64,000 bases of DNA. Source: Gammaproteobacteria bacterium (GTDB taxonomy: Bacteria > Pseudomonadota > Gammaproteobacteria > GCA-001735895). Below the pieces are notes generated by a model. The model was not told the DNA's origin, made no database searches, and saw only the letters and a list, made by a program, of their open reading frames with translations. Of the stretch, positions 30,244 through 41,341 are shown in pieces (position 1 is the stretch's first letter; each line of letters starts with the position of its first letter). The stretch is from assembly GCA_050298595.1 (NCBI GenBank), contig JBNKUM010000008.1, positions 193,303 to 257,302 of the forward strand, written 5' to 3'. Made by a program: the position numbers and the translations under genes.

Positions 30244-30603
30244 TCAGGCCAGTTTTATATGTATACCATTCAGGCTTAAAGCAACCATAACGCGCTTTTT
30301 TTGTTGCTCGTTTAGAGTAATGCTGTAAGCCGCTTTAAGAAGGTTATGCTCATCCATATAAAGCTGTCTGATCCTGGCTGTCTGGCCCATCCCCTTAAAT
30401 ACATTCCTGATAATCTCACTGATCGATAAAGCCGGTGAGTCGACAAAATACAGATTTTGATTTTGTGCGAGATAATACACTCGCCCCACGCAGAGCTTAC
30501 AGAAAATCTCCAGCTCATTGTTTGGCACCGTTGACGATGAATTATTCTCAGCGCGTTTGAGAATATCGCGCCTGTTAGTTGAAATAGGACCTATACCGGC
30601 CAT
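30244..30603 (-). CDS. Hypothetical protein (119 aa)
   Basis: ORF with a GAGG SD-like sequence upstream, co-oriented downstream of the DUF364 gene. Confidence 0.6.
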   Translation of the reverse strand: MAGIGPISTNRRDILKRAENNSSSTVPNNELEIFCKLCVGRVYYLAQNQNLYFVDSPALSISEIIRNVFKGMGQTARIRQLYMDEHNLLKAAYSITLNEQQKKRVMVALSLNGIHIKLA

Positions 30604-30630
30604 GAATTCACCTCGACCCGCATCAATCCA

Positions 30631-31497
30631 TTAAGCTGATTGCTTAAGAATATTGTCCAGCAACTCAGTGATGCCAGGGTATTGTTTTTGAGTGAGTTGA
30701 TATTTCTGCCCTGCATGACTCCAGGATTCCTGTTTTTCCAGTGATGCTTTCAAAGCCGGTAAATCCTGAATCATAATCCCTCCTACATCATCAACACCAT
30801 GCCGAAATAGAATATCTGGCAATCCACTACCGCTCGGGCCAATCAAACTAAAATGTGCCGAATCCTTTTTATACTGCAATATCTCACCCAATGTGCCATT
30901 TATTAAGGTCGATGCGGTGCATAAAATATGTTCACATTTAAGCAAATCGGCAGGATTAGTCGTTAGTTCAACACCGGGTTGCAAATCCACTCGAGCTGGA
31001 TTTATTTCCAGCACTAACAGCGTAGTACCCTGCTCCAGCAATTTTTCAATCATGGGTCGAAAATAACCCACCATGCCGATCTGGGAAGTTGTACGGCCCC
31101 GACGTGAACTCCTGTTAGCCAGAGGATTAGAGCCTGTGCGAAATTCTGCAGGGGAATAACCGGCTCGTGCCATCACATGCTGGCTCATTGCATTAAAAGC
31201 GCCTAACGCCAGCGCATTCAACGATGCTTCACCCGAGTCAAGATATTCAATCAGCTCGCGTGTTTCTATCTGACAACTATGTCCGTCTGGATATTTCAGC
31301 CATAGCTGTTGCAGAGCATCATCCAGGCTGGTATAGAAGGGAGCGGCTGTACCATCTTCAAGGAACACAAAGCCAAACTCATCTGCTTTCTGTTCTTCTT
31401 CTACCGGACGAGGTAAATGAATACCTGCTACCGCTGGTATTTCGATCTGAGTCATTATGCTTTGTGCAAGCTGAAGATATTCCTGAGCAAAATTCAT
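30631..31497 (-). CDS. DUF364 / Rossmann-like domain protein
   Basis: IGMVGYFRP, TASTLINGTL..IL, IGPS, LF..GVD.VGG. Confidence 0.75.
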   Translation of the reverse strand: MNFAQEYLQLAQSIMTQIEIPAVAGIHLPRPVEEEQKADEFGFVFLEDGTAAPFYTSLDDALQQLWLKYPDGHSCQIETRELIEYLDSGEASLNALALGAFNAMSQHVMARAGYSPAEFRTGSNPLANRSSRRGRTTSQIGMVGYFRPMIEKLLEQGTTLLVLEINPARVDLQPGVELTTNPADLLKCEHILCTASTLINGTLGEILQYKKDSAHFSLIGPSGSGLPDILFRHGVDDVGGIMIQDLPALKASLEKQESWSHAGQKYQLTQKQYPGITELLDNILKQSA

Positions 31498-31964
31498 ATT
31501 GATTTATTTCTTACTGATTTTCCATCCTCTGGAGCCAGTTTCTCCTGCCAGGCAACAGGCAGCAGGTTTTTATGCCTTAACCAACGAGGACTATGACTCA
31601 CAAAGGATGAAAAGATAATAACAACAACCAGCAGCTTAAATTGATCCACTGGCGGCAATAGCAGGCCGATAGTCAGTAGTATGATTTTGACAAGTACCGT
31701 AAAACCACGAACCTCAAACAGTACAACACCACTGCCATACATATCGACCAGAAATAAACCCACTCCCGAAATAATCACACTGAGTGCCCAGGGATTCAGG
31801 TCAGACATAGCCTGATCAAAGTACAAACCACCGACTAGAATACTGAAACAGAGGATATGTATGGAACGGAAAATATTCAGCACCAGGCGTCGCTGTGGCA
31901 GCGAACGATAATGCCTGGGGAAAATCAACTGATGGATAAGACCAGATTTTTTCAATTGATACAA
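31494..31964 (-). CDS. Hypothetical membrane protein (4-5 TM, conserved-looking His residues)
   Basis: RSIH..., EVRG..V.VK and SH.P...RH; overlaps the DUF364 start by 4 nt. Confidence 0.7.
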   Translation of the reverse strand: MYQLKKSGLIHQLIFPRHYRSLPQRRLVLNIFRSIHILCFSILVGGLYFDQAMSDLNPWALSVIISGVGLFLVDMYGSGVVLFEVRGFTVLVKIILLTIGLLLPPVDQFKLLVVVIIFSSFVSHSPRWLRHKNLLPVAWQEKLAPEDGKSVRNKSI

Positions 31965-32052
31965 GGTTCGTCTAAAAAGACCTGAACAATGGTATTAGCG
32001 CTCGAATATGTCAAGAACCTTGAAGTTATAAATCCGATTCTGCATTTTCACC

Positions 32053-32982
32053 TTACCAGACGGGTACACCTAATAACCCAGCACCTCGATTCTTGGGCAC
32101 ATCCGTAATATTTTTTATTTTACGGCTGTTGACAACGAGTTCATGAATCAACGGCATTAAAATAACTTCAATAGCCGTGATAATTAATCCACCTGGCACA
32201 ACCAAGGTATCTCTACGGCTCATAAAAGAGCCGGGCAGTGCACATATCAGGCTGGGGAAATCAGGTTTTTTAACCTTCTGAAAGTGAATCACCAGAAAAC
32301 ACTCTTCAATGGTTGGCTCCTGTTTTGCTGAAAACGGATCGGAGGTATCAACCGCTGCAATCATCTGAATATTAATATGGGTACGTGAAAACTGTGGGGT
32401 TATATGATGCACATAATCATCCAGACGATTTAAAATCGATTTTCTAACTTCCTCTGCTGAATAACCGCGTAAAGCGGTATCTCGGTTTAACTTGCGAATC
32501 CATTCCAGATTTACATTCGGTACCATGCCAATAATCAAATCAGGATAGCTGGAAATATCGATATCTCCATCAATGGCAGCTCCATGTAGGCCCCGGTATA
32601 ACAGCAGATCGGTATCGCTATCCAGTTCCTGCCACTGTGTCAGGGTACCTGGCTCCTGCCCCCATTTGTCGGCACTGTCCTTTGAGTGCAGATAGTATCG
32701 ATACATACCGGTGCCAGTTGCTGAATACTGAAAAAAAAGAGACTCCAGTTTATCCAGATGATTGGCATCTGGACTAAAATGACTCAGTACCCGCCCTTCT
32801 TGCCTGGCTTTGCGAGTTTCTTCCTCCATTTCCTTACGGTTAAAACGATGGAAAGCATTACCCTGAATATAGGCTGCTTTAACACGCTCGCGAAAGAAGA
32901 TGTGCTCAAAAGCCTTGGTGATGGCTGAGCTACCCGAACCGGAAGACCCGGTAATAGCAACGATAGGAAATTCTTCTGACAT
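32053..32982 (-). CDS. Phosphoribulokinase-family protein (divergent, probably catalytically impaired)
   Basis: Colinear with proteobacterial PRK (PIVAITGSSG, FHRFNR, SHFSPDAN, GLHG, NLEWI.K..RD...RGYS, ITPQFSRTHIN, DTSDPF). Start placed at ATG 32982 by homology. Confidence 0.85.
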   Translation of the reverse strand: MSEEFPIVAITGSSGSGSSAITKAFEHIFFRERVKAAYIQGNAFHRFNRKEMEEETRKARQEGRVLSHFSPDANHLDKLESLFFQYSATGTGMYRYYLHSKDSADKWGQEPGTLTQWQELDSDTDLLLYRGLHGAAIDGDIDISSYPDLIIGMVPNVNLEWIRKLNRDTALRGYSAEEVRKSILNRLDDYVHHITPQFSRTHINIQMIAAVDTSDPFSAKQEPTIEECFLVIHFQKVKKPDFPSLICALPGSFMSRRDTLVVPGGLIITAIEVILMPLIHELVVNSRKIKNITDVPKNRGAGLLGVPVW

Positions 32983-33291
32983 ATATCCGTTCTCTTCTTG
33001 ATTATCCAGTTGATGGAATTTTTTATTATCTGCCCATAAATCAGCAACGCGTATGATGAGGAGTGAAAAGTATTTTGTCAAAATTTGTATTAACTAAATA
33101 CCCTAAAATTATAAGAAGCGAGGAAATTTGAAGGTTTCCGACTTATAAACATCAGTAAAGTCAGCGTTTATTAATCAAAAATTTTGATCGTAATAACAAA
33201 TATTATTCTCTTTACAGAAAGCAGGCCCTGATAAATATTATGTGTCACCAATGTTTTTCAGTGTATTTGGTAATTATAGAGATCCAGTCTA

Positions 33292-33486
33292 ATGACTAAA
33301 AAAATTGATGTAGAAGAATACTTCGACGCAGATGAAAGCGACGAATCATTTGATTATTTTGAGAAAATCTATCACAAACGTCACAGCGCAAAAAAGCGTA
33401 CCGATGCTCGTAGAAAACTCGAAAGAATTCAGGAAAACCAGGCACTAGACCGTCTGATGAATGACGATATTTACGATTGGGATTAA
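33292..33486 (+). CDS. Small charged hypothetical protein (64 aa; PA3496/DUF3545-like architecture)
   Basis: Acidic N-terminus, basic DARRKLE..QE...L segment and acidic aromatic tail; GAG upstream; a hairpin follows. Confidence 0.55.
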   Translation: MTKKIDVEEYFDADESDESFDYFEKIYHKRHSAKKRTDARRKLERIQENQALDRLMNDDIYDWD

Positions 33487-33539
33487 TTGTCGTAATGCCA
33501 GTTTTCAGGCCAGGAGCTACCTGGCTTAAATAATGCGAC

Positions 33540-33562
33540 GGGCTGGAGTTTGGTTCCAGCCC
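33540..33562. terminator. Hairpin between convergent genes (GGGCTGGA-N7-TCCAGCCC)
   Basis: 8-bp perfect stem between the small ORF and the thiC stop; no strong U tract. Confidence 0.45.
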
Positions 33563-33593
33563 TGAGTATATTTGCCTGATTTAAATCCAGAGG

Positions 33594-35492
<1,899 letters not shown>

Positions 35493-35545
35493 TCAATTGG
35501 GTTACAGCAGGGCCATTTCGAACTCCCCCATATAAGCGGACGAAA

Positions 35546-35623
35546 TGCCTCCCTACGCAGATTAATCTGATCAGGTTCAAAGGGTTTTTCTCAGTCTGTA
35601 ATGTTTCCAGACACCCCTGGCAA
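35546..35623 (-). ncRNA. TPP riboswitch upstream of thiC
   Basis: The minus strand reads TGCCAGGGGTGTCTG...CAGACTGAGAAAAACCCTTTGAACCTGATCAGATTAATCTGCGTAGGGAGGCA, containing the CUGAGA, ACCUGAU and GCGUAGGGA core motifs. Confidence 0.92.
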
Positions 35624-35777
35624 GGTAGCAGACTCACTATGAAAAGTGATTGTCCGCATCAGCGCAGCAAACTATACAATGCCTGTTCCGATTGCAAGCC
35701 TTTTTCTACCCGATAACGTTGACATCACAGCAGGAATTCGTAGGCTTTGTGCTCTAGTAAATTACCAGCAAAATAAC

Positions 35778-36404
35778 ATGTCAGATTTCGCCAAAGCCAA
35801 GCACAATATGATCGAACAACAAATTAGACCCTGGGAAGTTATCGACCCACAGGTACTGGGTGTTTTCGATGAATTAAACCGTGATCAATTTGTACCAGAA
35901 GCGCTCAAAGGCCTGGCGTATGCAGATTGCCAGCTTCCTGTTGTGGGTAAGCAATGCATGCTGCCTCCCACTGTTGAAGGACGCATGTTACAGGCGCTGA
36001 ACATTAAGTCATCTGACTGTGTGCTTGAAATTGGTACCTGTAGTGGATATATCACTGCCTGCCTGGCGCAACTGGCTACTCATGTTGACAGTGTTGACAT
36101 GCAGGCTGAATCTAAACAGGTTGCTCAACAAAACCTGGATCAACTGGGCATCACTAATGTTGCACTGAACACTATCAACTCGTTGCAGGATATCACTCAT
36201 AGCGAACGTTACGATGTTATCGCCGTTTGCGCTGGCTCTATTGATCAGGTACCTGAAAATCTGAAGCATGCACTGGTTATAGGAGGCCGCCTGTTTGTAG
36301 TTACTGGACAGTCGCCAGCCAAACATGCACAGCTTATTACGCGTATTGGTCAGACCGAATGGCACTGCAACAGCCTGTTTGAAACCGATATTCCGGCTAT
36401 TTAG
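35778..36404 (+). CDS. pcm: Protein-L-isoaspartate O-methyltransferase family
   Basis: AKHNMIEQQIRPWEV, LAYAD, VLEIGTCSGY, GGRLF, LFETDI. Start placed at ATG 35778 by homology. Confidence 0.9.
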   Translation: MSDFAKAKHNMIEQQIRPWEVIDPQVLGVFDELNRDQFVPEALKGLAYADCQLPVVGKQCMLPPTVEGRMLQALNIKSSDCVLEIGTCSGYITACLAQLATHVDSVDMQAESKQVAQQNLDQLGITNVALNTINSLQDITHSERYDVIAVCAGSIDQVPENLKHALVIGGRLFVVTGQSPAKHAQLITRIGQTEWHCNSLFETDIPAI

Positions 36405-36418
36405 GGGCCATAAGCATT

Positions 36419-36733
36419 ATGCAGCGCTTCACTGCGCAGCAACTCGTCGAATATCTCGAACATCACCAGCCACAACTTGTTGATGTTCGAGAACTCTGGG
36501 AATTTAATATCTGTCATCTGCAAAACAGTATCCTGTTACCTATGGGGCAGGTGCCATCCAATCTGGAAATATTCCAGCAGGCTCCTGAGACAGTCATCAT
36601 CTGTCATCATGGTATTCGTAGCCTGCGCATTGCGCATTTTCTTGCTCAACAGGGAATACACAACACGATCAATCTGGAAGGTGGTGTCGAAGCCTGGGCC
36701 CGCTATGTAGATCTGGATATGCCCACCTATTAA
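36419..36733 (+). CDS. Single-domain rhodanese
   Basis: LVDVRE.WE, active loop CHHGIRS, NLEGGVEAW. Confidence 0.9.
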   Translation: MQRFTAQQLVEYLEHHQPQLVDVRELWEFNICHLQNSILLPMGQVPSNLEIFQQAPETVIICHHGIRSLRIAHFLAQQGIHNTINLEGGVEAWARYVDLDMPTY

Positions 36734-36776
36734 GCTGTTACAGTTTTTGTATTGAAATATTAACCTCTAGCCTCTA

Positions 36777-36794
36777 TATTAGAAAATCCTAATC
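36777..36794. promoter_or_regulatory. Imperfect palindrome TATTAGAAAATCCTAATC, candidate operator upstream of tolC
   Basis: Similar to the sites at 25156 and 46481. Confidence 0.4.
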
Positions 36795-36811
36795 AATTCT
36801 GAGACTTAAAC

Positions 36812-38131
36812 ATGAAATACCTTGTAGGCCAACTGTCTGCTATCAGCCTTTTGTTACTGATCAGTCCAGCCACTAAGGCACTGGATTTAGCTGAAATTTT
36901 TGACCTGGCAAAATCTCAGGATGTTCAGCTGATGATTGCAAAAAGCCAGTTTGAGTCCGCCCAACTTTCACTGCCACAGGCGCAGTCAGCTAATCGTCCA
37001 CAGGTTAATCTATCGGCACATACCACTTATAACGATACAGGCAACTCCAGCCCTCTGGGTAGTGATGACACTAAAACCAGCTATGGATACTCGTTAAGCC
37101 TGTCACAAAGCCTGTATAACAGCGAAACCACTTCTAAGGTGAATGCAGTTGAAGCTAGCGTTCGAAAATCTGAGGCTGAATACAGAACCGCAGAGCAGGA
37201 TTTAATTGTTAGAGTCACTGAAGCCTACTTCAATATTTTATCTGCCCAGGACACCGTCGCGTTTGCCGAGGCAGAAAAAAATGCCATCGGCAGACAACTG
37301 GAACAGGCAAAAAAGCGCTTTGAGGTTGGGTTGATTGCAATCACCGATGTGAAAGAAGCTCAAGCTTCATACGACGCATCTGTAGCCAGTGAAATATCGG
37401 CAAAGAACTCTCTCGATAACGCACGCGAAGCGCTACAACTGATTATTGGGCAACCACTTGACGCCCCTTTAAGCACTATCGGTGACTCGGTTCAGTTGTT
37501 AATTCCGCAACCGGCAGATCGAAATGCCTGGATTGCACAGGCACAGAAAAATAATTTAACTCTATTATCAGCTGAAGCTGGATTACAGGCGGCTTCAGAA
37601 AATCGTAAAGTCGCCCAATCCGGCAATAAACCAACAGTCAATCTGGTAGCAAGTTATTCAGACAACGAAATAGATAGCGATAACAGTGGCAACTTCAGTA
37701 CAGATGACCTGACCGTAAGCGTGCAACTGAATATGCCTTTGTATACAGGTGGCTATACCAGTTCAAACATTGATCAGGCAGAAGCTGATTTCAGAACGGC
37801 ACAAAACAACCTGATGTTTCAAAAACGTACCGTCACCCAGCTTACCAGCACCGCTTACCTTGCAATTGTTTCCGGTATCAGTCAGGTAAATGCTCTAGAG
37901 CAGGCGCTTGCTTCCAGCACTGCAGCGTTAGAAGCCACTCAGGCAGGTTTTGACGTTGGCACCAGAACATCCGTTGAAGTACTGAATTCCCTGCGTGAAA
38001 CCTATCGTTCGAAACGTGATTATGCTTCGGCTCGATACAGTTACCTGATCAATACACTGAAGCTTAAACAGGCTGCCGGTCTGCTCAATGATGACGATCT
38101 CAAAGCTATCAATCAGTGGTTAATTCGTTAA
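36812..38131 (+). CDS. tolC: Outer membrane channel TolC
   Basis: Signal peptide, RFEVGLIAITDV, GFDVGTRT, LKLKQAAG; canonical pcm-rhodanese-tolC context. Confidence 0.92.
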   Translation: MKYLVGQLSAISLLLLISPATKALDLAEIFDLAKSQDVQLMIAKSQFESAQLSLPQAQSANRPQVNLSAHTTYNDTGNSSPLGSDDTKTSYGYSLSLSQSLYNSETTSKVNAVEASVRKSEAEYRTAEQDLIVRVTEAYFNILSAQDTVAFAEAEKNAIGRQLEQAKKRFEVGLIAITDVKEAQASYDASVASEISAKNSLDNAREALQLIIGQPLDAPLSTIGDSVQLLIPQPADRNAWIAQAQKNNLTLLSAEAGLQAASENRKVAQSGNKPTVNLVASYSDNEIDSDNSGNFSTDDLTVSVQLNMPLYTGGYTSSNIDQAEADFRTAQNNLMFQKRTVTQLTSTAYLAIVSGISQVNALEQALASSTAALEATQAGFDVGTRTSVEVLNSLRETYRSKRDYASARYSYLINTLKLKQAAGLLNDDDLKAINQWLIR

Positions 38132-38155
38132 CCCACTGATTGATTCGTCTCGCTT

Positions 38156-39082
38156 ATGAGTAAACATAAGTCTGCTCTTTTTCGCCCGAAAGATTATCTA
38201 CACCCTAAATTCTGGCCGATGTGGTTACTCATCGGCCTGTTAAGGCTGGCGTCGTTATTCCCCTATAGCTACCAGCTTAGATTCGGTAAAGCTCTAGGCG
38301 GCTTGATTAAACGAATGTCACGCAAGCAGCAGCATATAGTCGATACGAATCTGAAAAGATGCCTGCCTGAAAAATCGGATGCGGAACGCGAACAGATAAA
38401 AAACCTGTGTTTCCAGAATCTGGGAACCTCATTATTTGAAATGGCCATGAGCTGGTGGTGGAAAGACGAGCAACTAAAACCGCTGGGCGAAGTTATTGGC
38501 CTGGAAAACATTGAAAACTGCCTGAAGAAAAACCAGGGCGTCATCTTACTCACTGGCCATTTCACCAGCCTGGAGATTGCCGGCAGGCTGCTATCCTATT
38601 ACACCCCATTTCAGGTGATGTACCGAACCCAACGCAACAAGCTATTCGATAGCCTTTTATATACCAAACGTAACGAGCTGTATGAGGCAACCATTTCCAG
38701 AAAGAATACCCTGAAGCTGATCAAAGGCATCAAAAAAGGCATTCCAACCTGGTACGCACCGGATCAGGATTTTGGTGCTGAACGTAATGTATTCGCACCC
38801 TTTTTTGGCATCCCAACCGCCACCATTACCGCCAGCGCACGCCTGGCCAAAGCATCTGGTGCGGCAGTATTGCCTTATTATCCAGAACGTAAAGCTGATG
38901 GCAGTGGTTACATCTTAAGGATTGATCCACCACTGGAAAACTTTCCCAGTGGGGATGATGTGGCGGATGCAAGCGCTATCAATCTATCTATTGAACAATT
39001 TGTGCGCAAACATCCAGACCAGTACATGTGGATGCATAAACGCTTCAAAACACGCCCTGCTGGAGAGCCTGCATTCTACTGA
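38156..39082 (+). CDS. lpxL: Lipid A biosynthesis lauroyl acyltransferase (LpxL/HtrB family)
   Basis: HPKFW, HFTSLE, WYAPDQD, PDQYMWMHKRFKTRP. Confidence 0.92.
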   Translation: MSKHKSALFRPKDYLHPKFWPMWLLIGLLRLASLFPYSYQLRFGKALGGLIKRMSRKQQHIVDTNLKRCLPEKSDAEREQIKNLCFQNLGTSLFEMAMSWWWKDEQLKPLGEVIGLENIENCLKKNQGVILLTGHFTSLEIAGRLLSYYTPFQVMYRTQRNKLFDSLLYTKRNELYEATISRKNTLKLIKGIKKGIPTWYAPDQDFGAERNVFAPFFGIPTATITASARLAKASGAAVLPYYPERKADGSGYILRIDPPLENFPSGDDVADASAINLSIEQFVRKHPDQYMWMHKRFKTRPAGEPAFY

Positions 39083-39206
39083 TGTCAGACTAGCGTTAAT
39101 TCATTCTTGAAAATACTCGCCGCAGCAGAGAGCATTCCATTTGCTTCCACAGTCGAGTAAAGTAAGCAGCTAATTTATACTTCCCAACCACAGGTAGATT
39201 TTCTCC

Positions 39207-39800
39207 GTGCCCCAAACCGACCACAGTGCTTTCATCCAGCAAACCGTACAGCAATCCATTGATCTGAAAAACTCCATACTGCAACAGCAGACTCTACTCG
39301 ATAACATCAACGTCGTTGCAAACAGCTGTATTGATATGTTCAAGGCCGGTAACCGATTACTGATTGCCGGTAATGGTGGTAGCGCTGCCGATGCGCAACA
39401 CATAGCCGCCGAGTTCGTGTGCCGCTTTAATTTTGAACGCCCTGGCCTGCCTGCCATGGCATTGGCCACCAATTACTCAATGATCACTGCAGCAGGAAAC
39501 GATTATAGCTTTGATGATATCTTTGCGCGTGAAGTAGAAGCCAATGGACACGCTGGAGATATCTTTATTGGTATTACTACATCGGGTAATTCAGAAAATA
39601 TTTTGAGAGCAATGCAGGCCGCCAAAGCAAAAGACATCTTATGCGTAGGACTTGCCGGTGAAGCTGGAAAGATACAACAGCAGGCAGATATCTGTCTTTC
39701 TGTTCCCTCGACTTGCACACCAAGAATCCAGGAAAGCCATATCATGATCGGTCATATTATCTGCGAGATTGTTGAAAACAACCTGTTTGCAAGGCTCTAG
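39207..39800 (+). CDS. gmhA: Phosphoheptose isomerase
   Basis: GNGGSAADAQH, GNDY, TTSGNS.N, RIQESH; adjacent to hldE. Confidence 0.92.
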   Translation: MPQTDHSAFIQQTVQQSIDLKNSILQQQTLLDNINVVANSCIDMFKAGNRLLIAGNGGSAADAQHIAAEFVCRFNFERPGLPAMALATNYSMITAAGNDYSFDDIFAREVEANGHAGDIFIGITTSGNSENILRAMQAAKAKDILCVGLAGEAGKIQQQADICLSVPSTCTPRIQESHIMIGHIICEIVENNLFARL

Positions 39801-39813
39801 GGCCTGGTCAGCA

Positions 39814-41256
39814 TCATTTAATGTGTTGAATTTTTTCAACCATGCTGCTGGTTGATTTACCATCAACCAGATTAACCAGATGTACCTCACCAGCACATTG
39901 AGCGCCGGCTATCTGATGCTTTTGATAGTCACTTCCCTTCACCAGAATATCAGGCTTTATACGACAGATGAGTTGTTCTGGCGTTTCTTCTTCAAATGAA
40001 ACCACGATGGATACCGATGCCAAAGCAGCCAATACGGTCATGCGGTCTTCCAGTGCATTAATCGGTCTATCCATACCCTTAAGTTTCTGTACCGAGGCAT
40101 CACTATTCACCGCTACGATAAGGATATCGCCTAGCCTCGCAGCCTGCTCAAGATAGCGCACATGGCCCGAATGCATCAAATCGAAACAGCCATTGGTCAT
40201 GACTATCTTTTTATGTTGCACACGCGCCTGCTTAACGACTTTTTCGAGATCCTGCTGGCTAATAATCTTGCTGTACAGGTTTATACTGCCTGAGCCATGT
40301 TCCGCTGCTAGAACCTCATCCAGTGTTACTGAGGCCGTACCTACCCGACCCACAACGATGGCTGCAGCTATGCTGGATAGGTGCACTGCATCCTGTACGC
40401 TGAGGCCAGCGGATAATCCTGCAGCCAGCGATGCAATAACGGTATCACCCGCCCCCGTCACATCAAAAACTTCCTGTGCACGTGCTGGAAAATGAACCGC
40501 CTGTTCATTTTTAAGCACCAGAGTCATACCTTTCTCACCCTGTGTTACCAGCATCCCTCCGAGCTCATATTGATCAATTGCTTCCCTTGCTTTTTGTTCC
40601 AGATCTTCCTGAGAATGAAACAGTCCTATAGCTGCTTCAAACTCCTTTTTATTGGGAGTGATAAGATAAGCACCTTGATACCTGGAAAAATCTTTGTGTT
40701 TGGGATCGACCAGCACCTTGATATCTTTAGCATTGGCATACTGAATAAAACTGCTCGCATCAGCCAGCATTCCTTTACCATAATCGGATAACACAACGAT
40801 ATCAGCGTCATTGAGTAAACTGGTATAGCTTGCAGAAACCTCTGCATATTGAACCGCATGTTGGGTAGATTCGAAATCAAGACGTATCAATTGTTGATGT
40901 TGTGACAACACTCTAAGCTTGATAGTGGTTGCAACATTCTCTTGTTGAATGCAGTGATTTGTAACCTCGGTTTTTTCAAGAAGATCAGCCAGATGCTGCG
41001 CAGCCTCATCCCTGCCTATCACTGACATCAGACTAACCCTGGCACCCAGAGAGGAAATATTAACCGCTACGTTTCCAGCGCCACCAATACGCATGGTTTT
41101 ATCTTCGACATGAACGATGGGAACCGGCGCTTCTGGTGATATTCTTTCGATTAAACCCTGCCAGTAACTATCCAGCATCAGATCACCAACGACCAGGATG
41201 TTTTGTCCGGAATACTTTAAAGGTGGCAGTAACTTGTTATAGATGCTATCAGGCAT
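39814..41256 (-). CDS. hldE: Bifunctional heptose-7-phosphate kinase/heptose-1-phosphate adenylyltransferase
   Basis: RISPEAPVP, GGAGNVA, DVTGAGDT, TNGCFDLMHSGH. Confidence 0.96.
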   Translation of the reverse strand: MPDSIYNKLLPPLKYSGQNILVVGDLMLDSYWQGLIERISPEAPVPIVHVEDKTMRIGGAGNVAVNISSLGARVSLMSVIGRDEAAQHLADLLEKTEVTNHCIQQENVATTIKLRVLSQHQQLIRLDFESTQHAVQYAEVSASYTSLLNDADIVVLSDYGKGMLADASSFIQYANAKDIKVLVDPKHKDFSRYQGAYLITPNKKEFEAAIGLFHSQEDLEQKAREAIDQYELGGMLVTQGEKGMTLVLKNEQAVHFPARAQEVFDVTGAGDTVIASLAAGLSAGLSVQDAVHLSSIAAAIVVGRVGTASVTLDEVLAAEHGSGSINLYSKIISQQDLEKVVKQARVQHKKIVMTNGCFDLMHSGHVRYLEQAARLGDILIVAVNSDASVQKLKGMDRPINALEDRMTVLAALASVSIVVSFEEETPEQLICRIKPDILVKGSDYQKHQIAGAQCAGEVHLVNLVDGKSTSSMVEKIQHIK

Positions 41257-41341
41257 GGAATTTTTTTAGTCGGATTATTTATAAGTCAAAGTACTTGCGT
41301 CGCACTCTAACACCTAAAAGCTTTAGCATTTAAAAGCAGCT

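Noticed and set aside
36020-36055. GTCSGY instead of GTGSGY in the Pcm SAM-binding loop
   Set aside because: A single substitution in an otherwise intact gene in canonical context; not enough to claim altered function.
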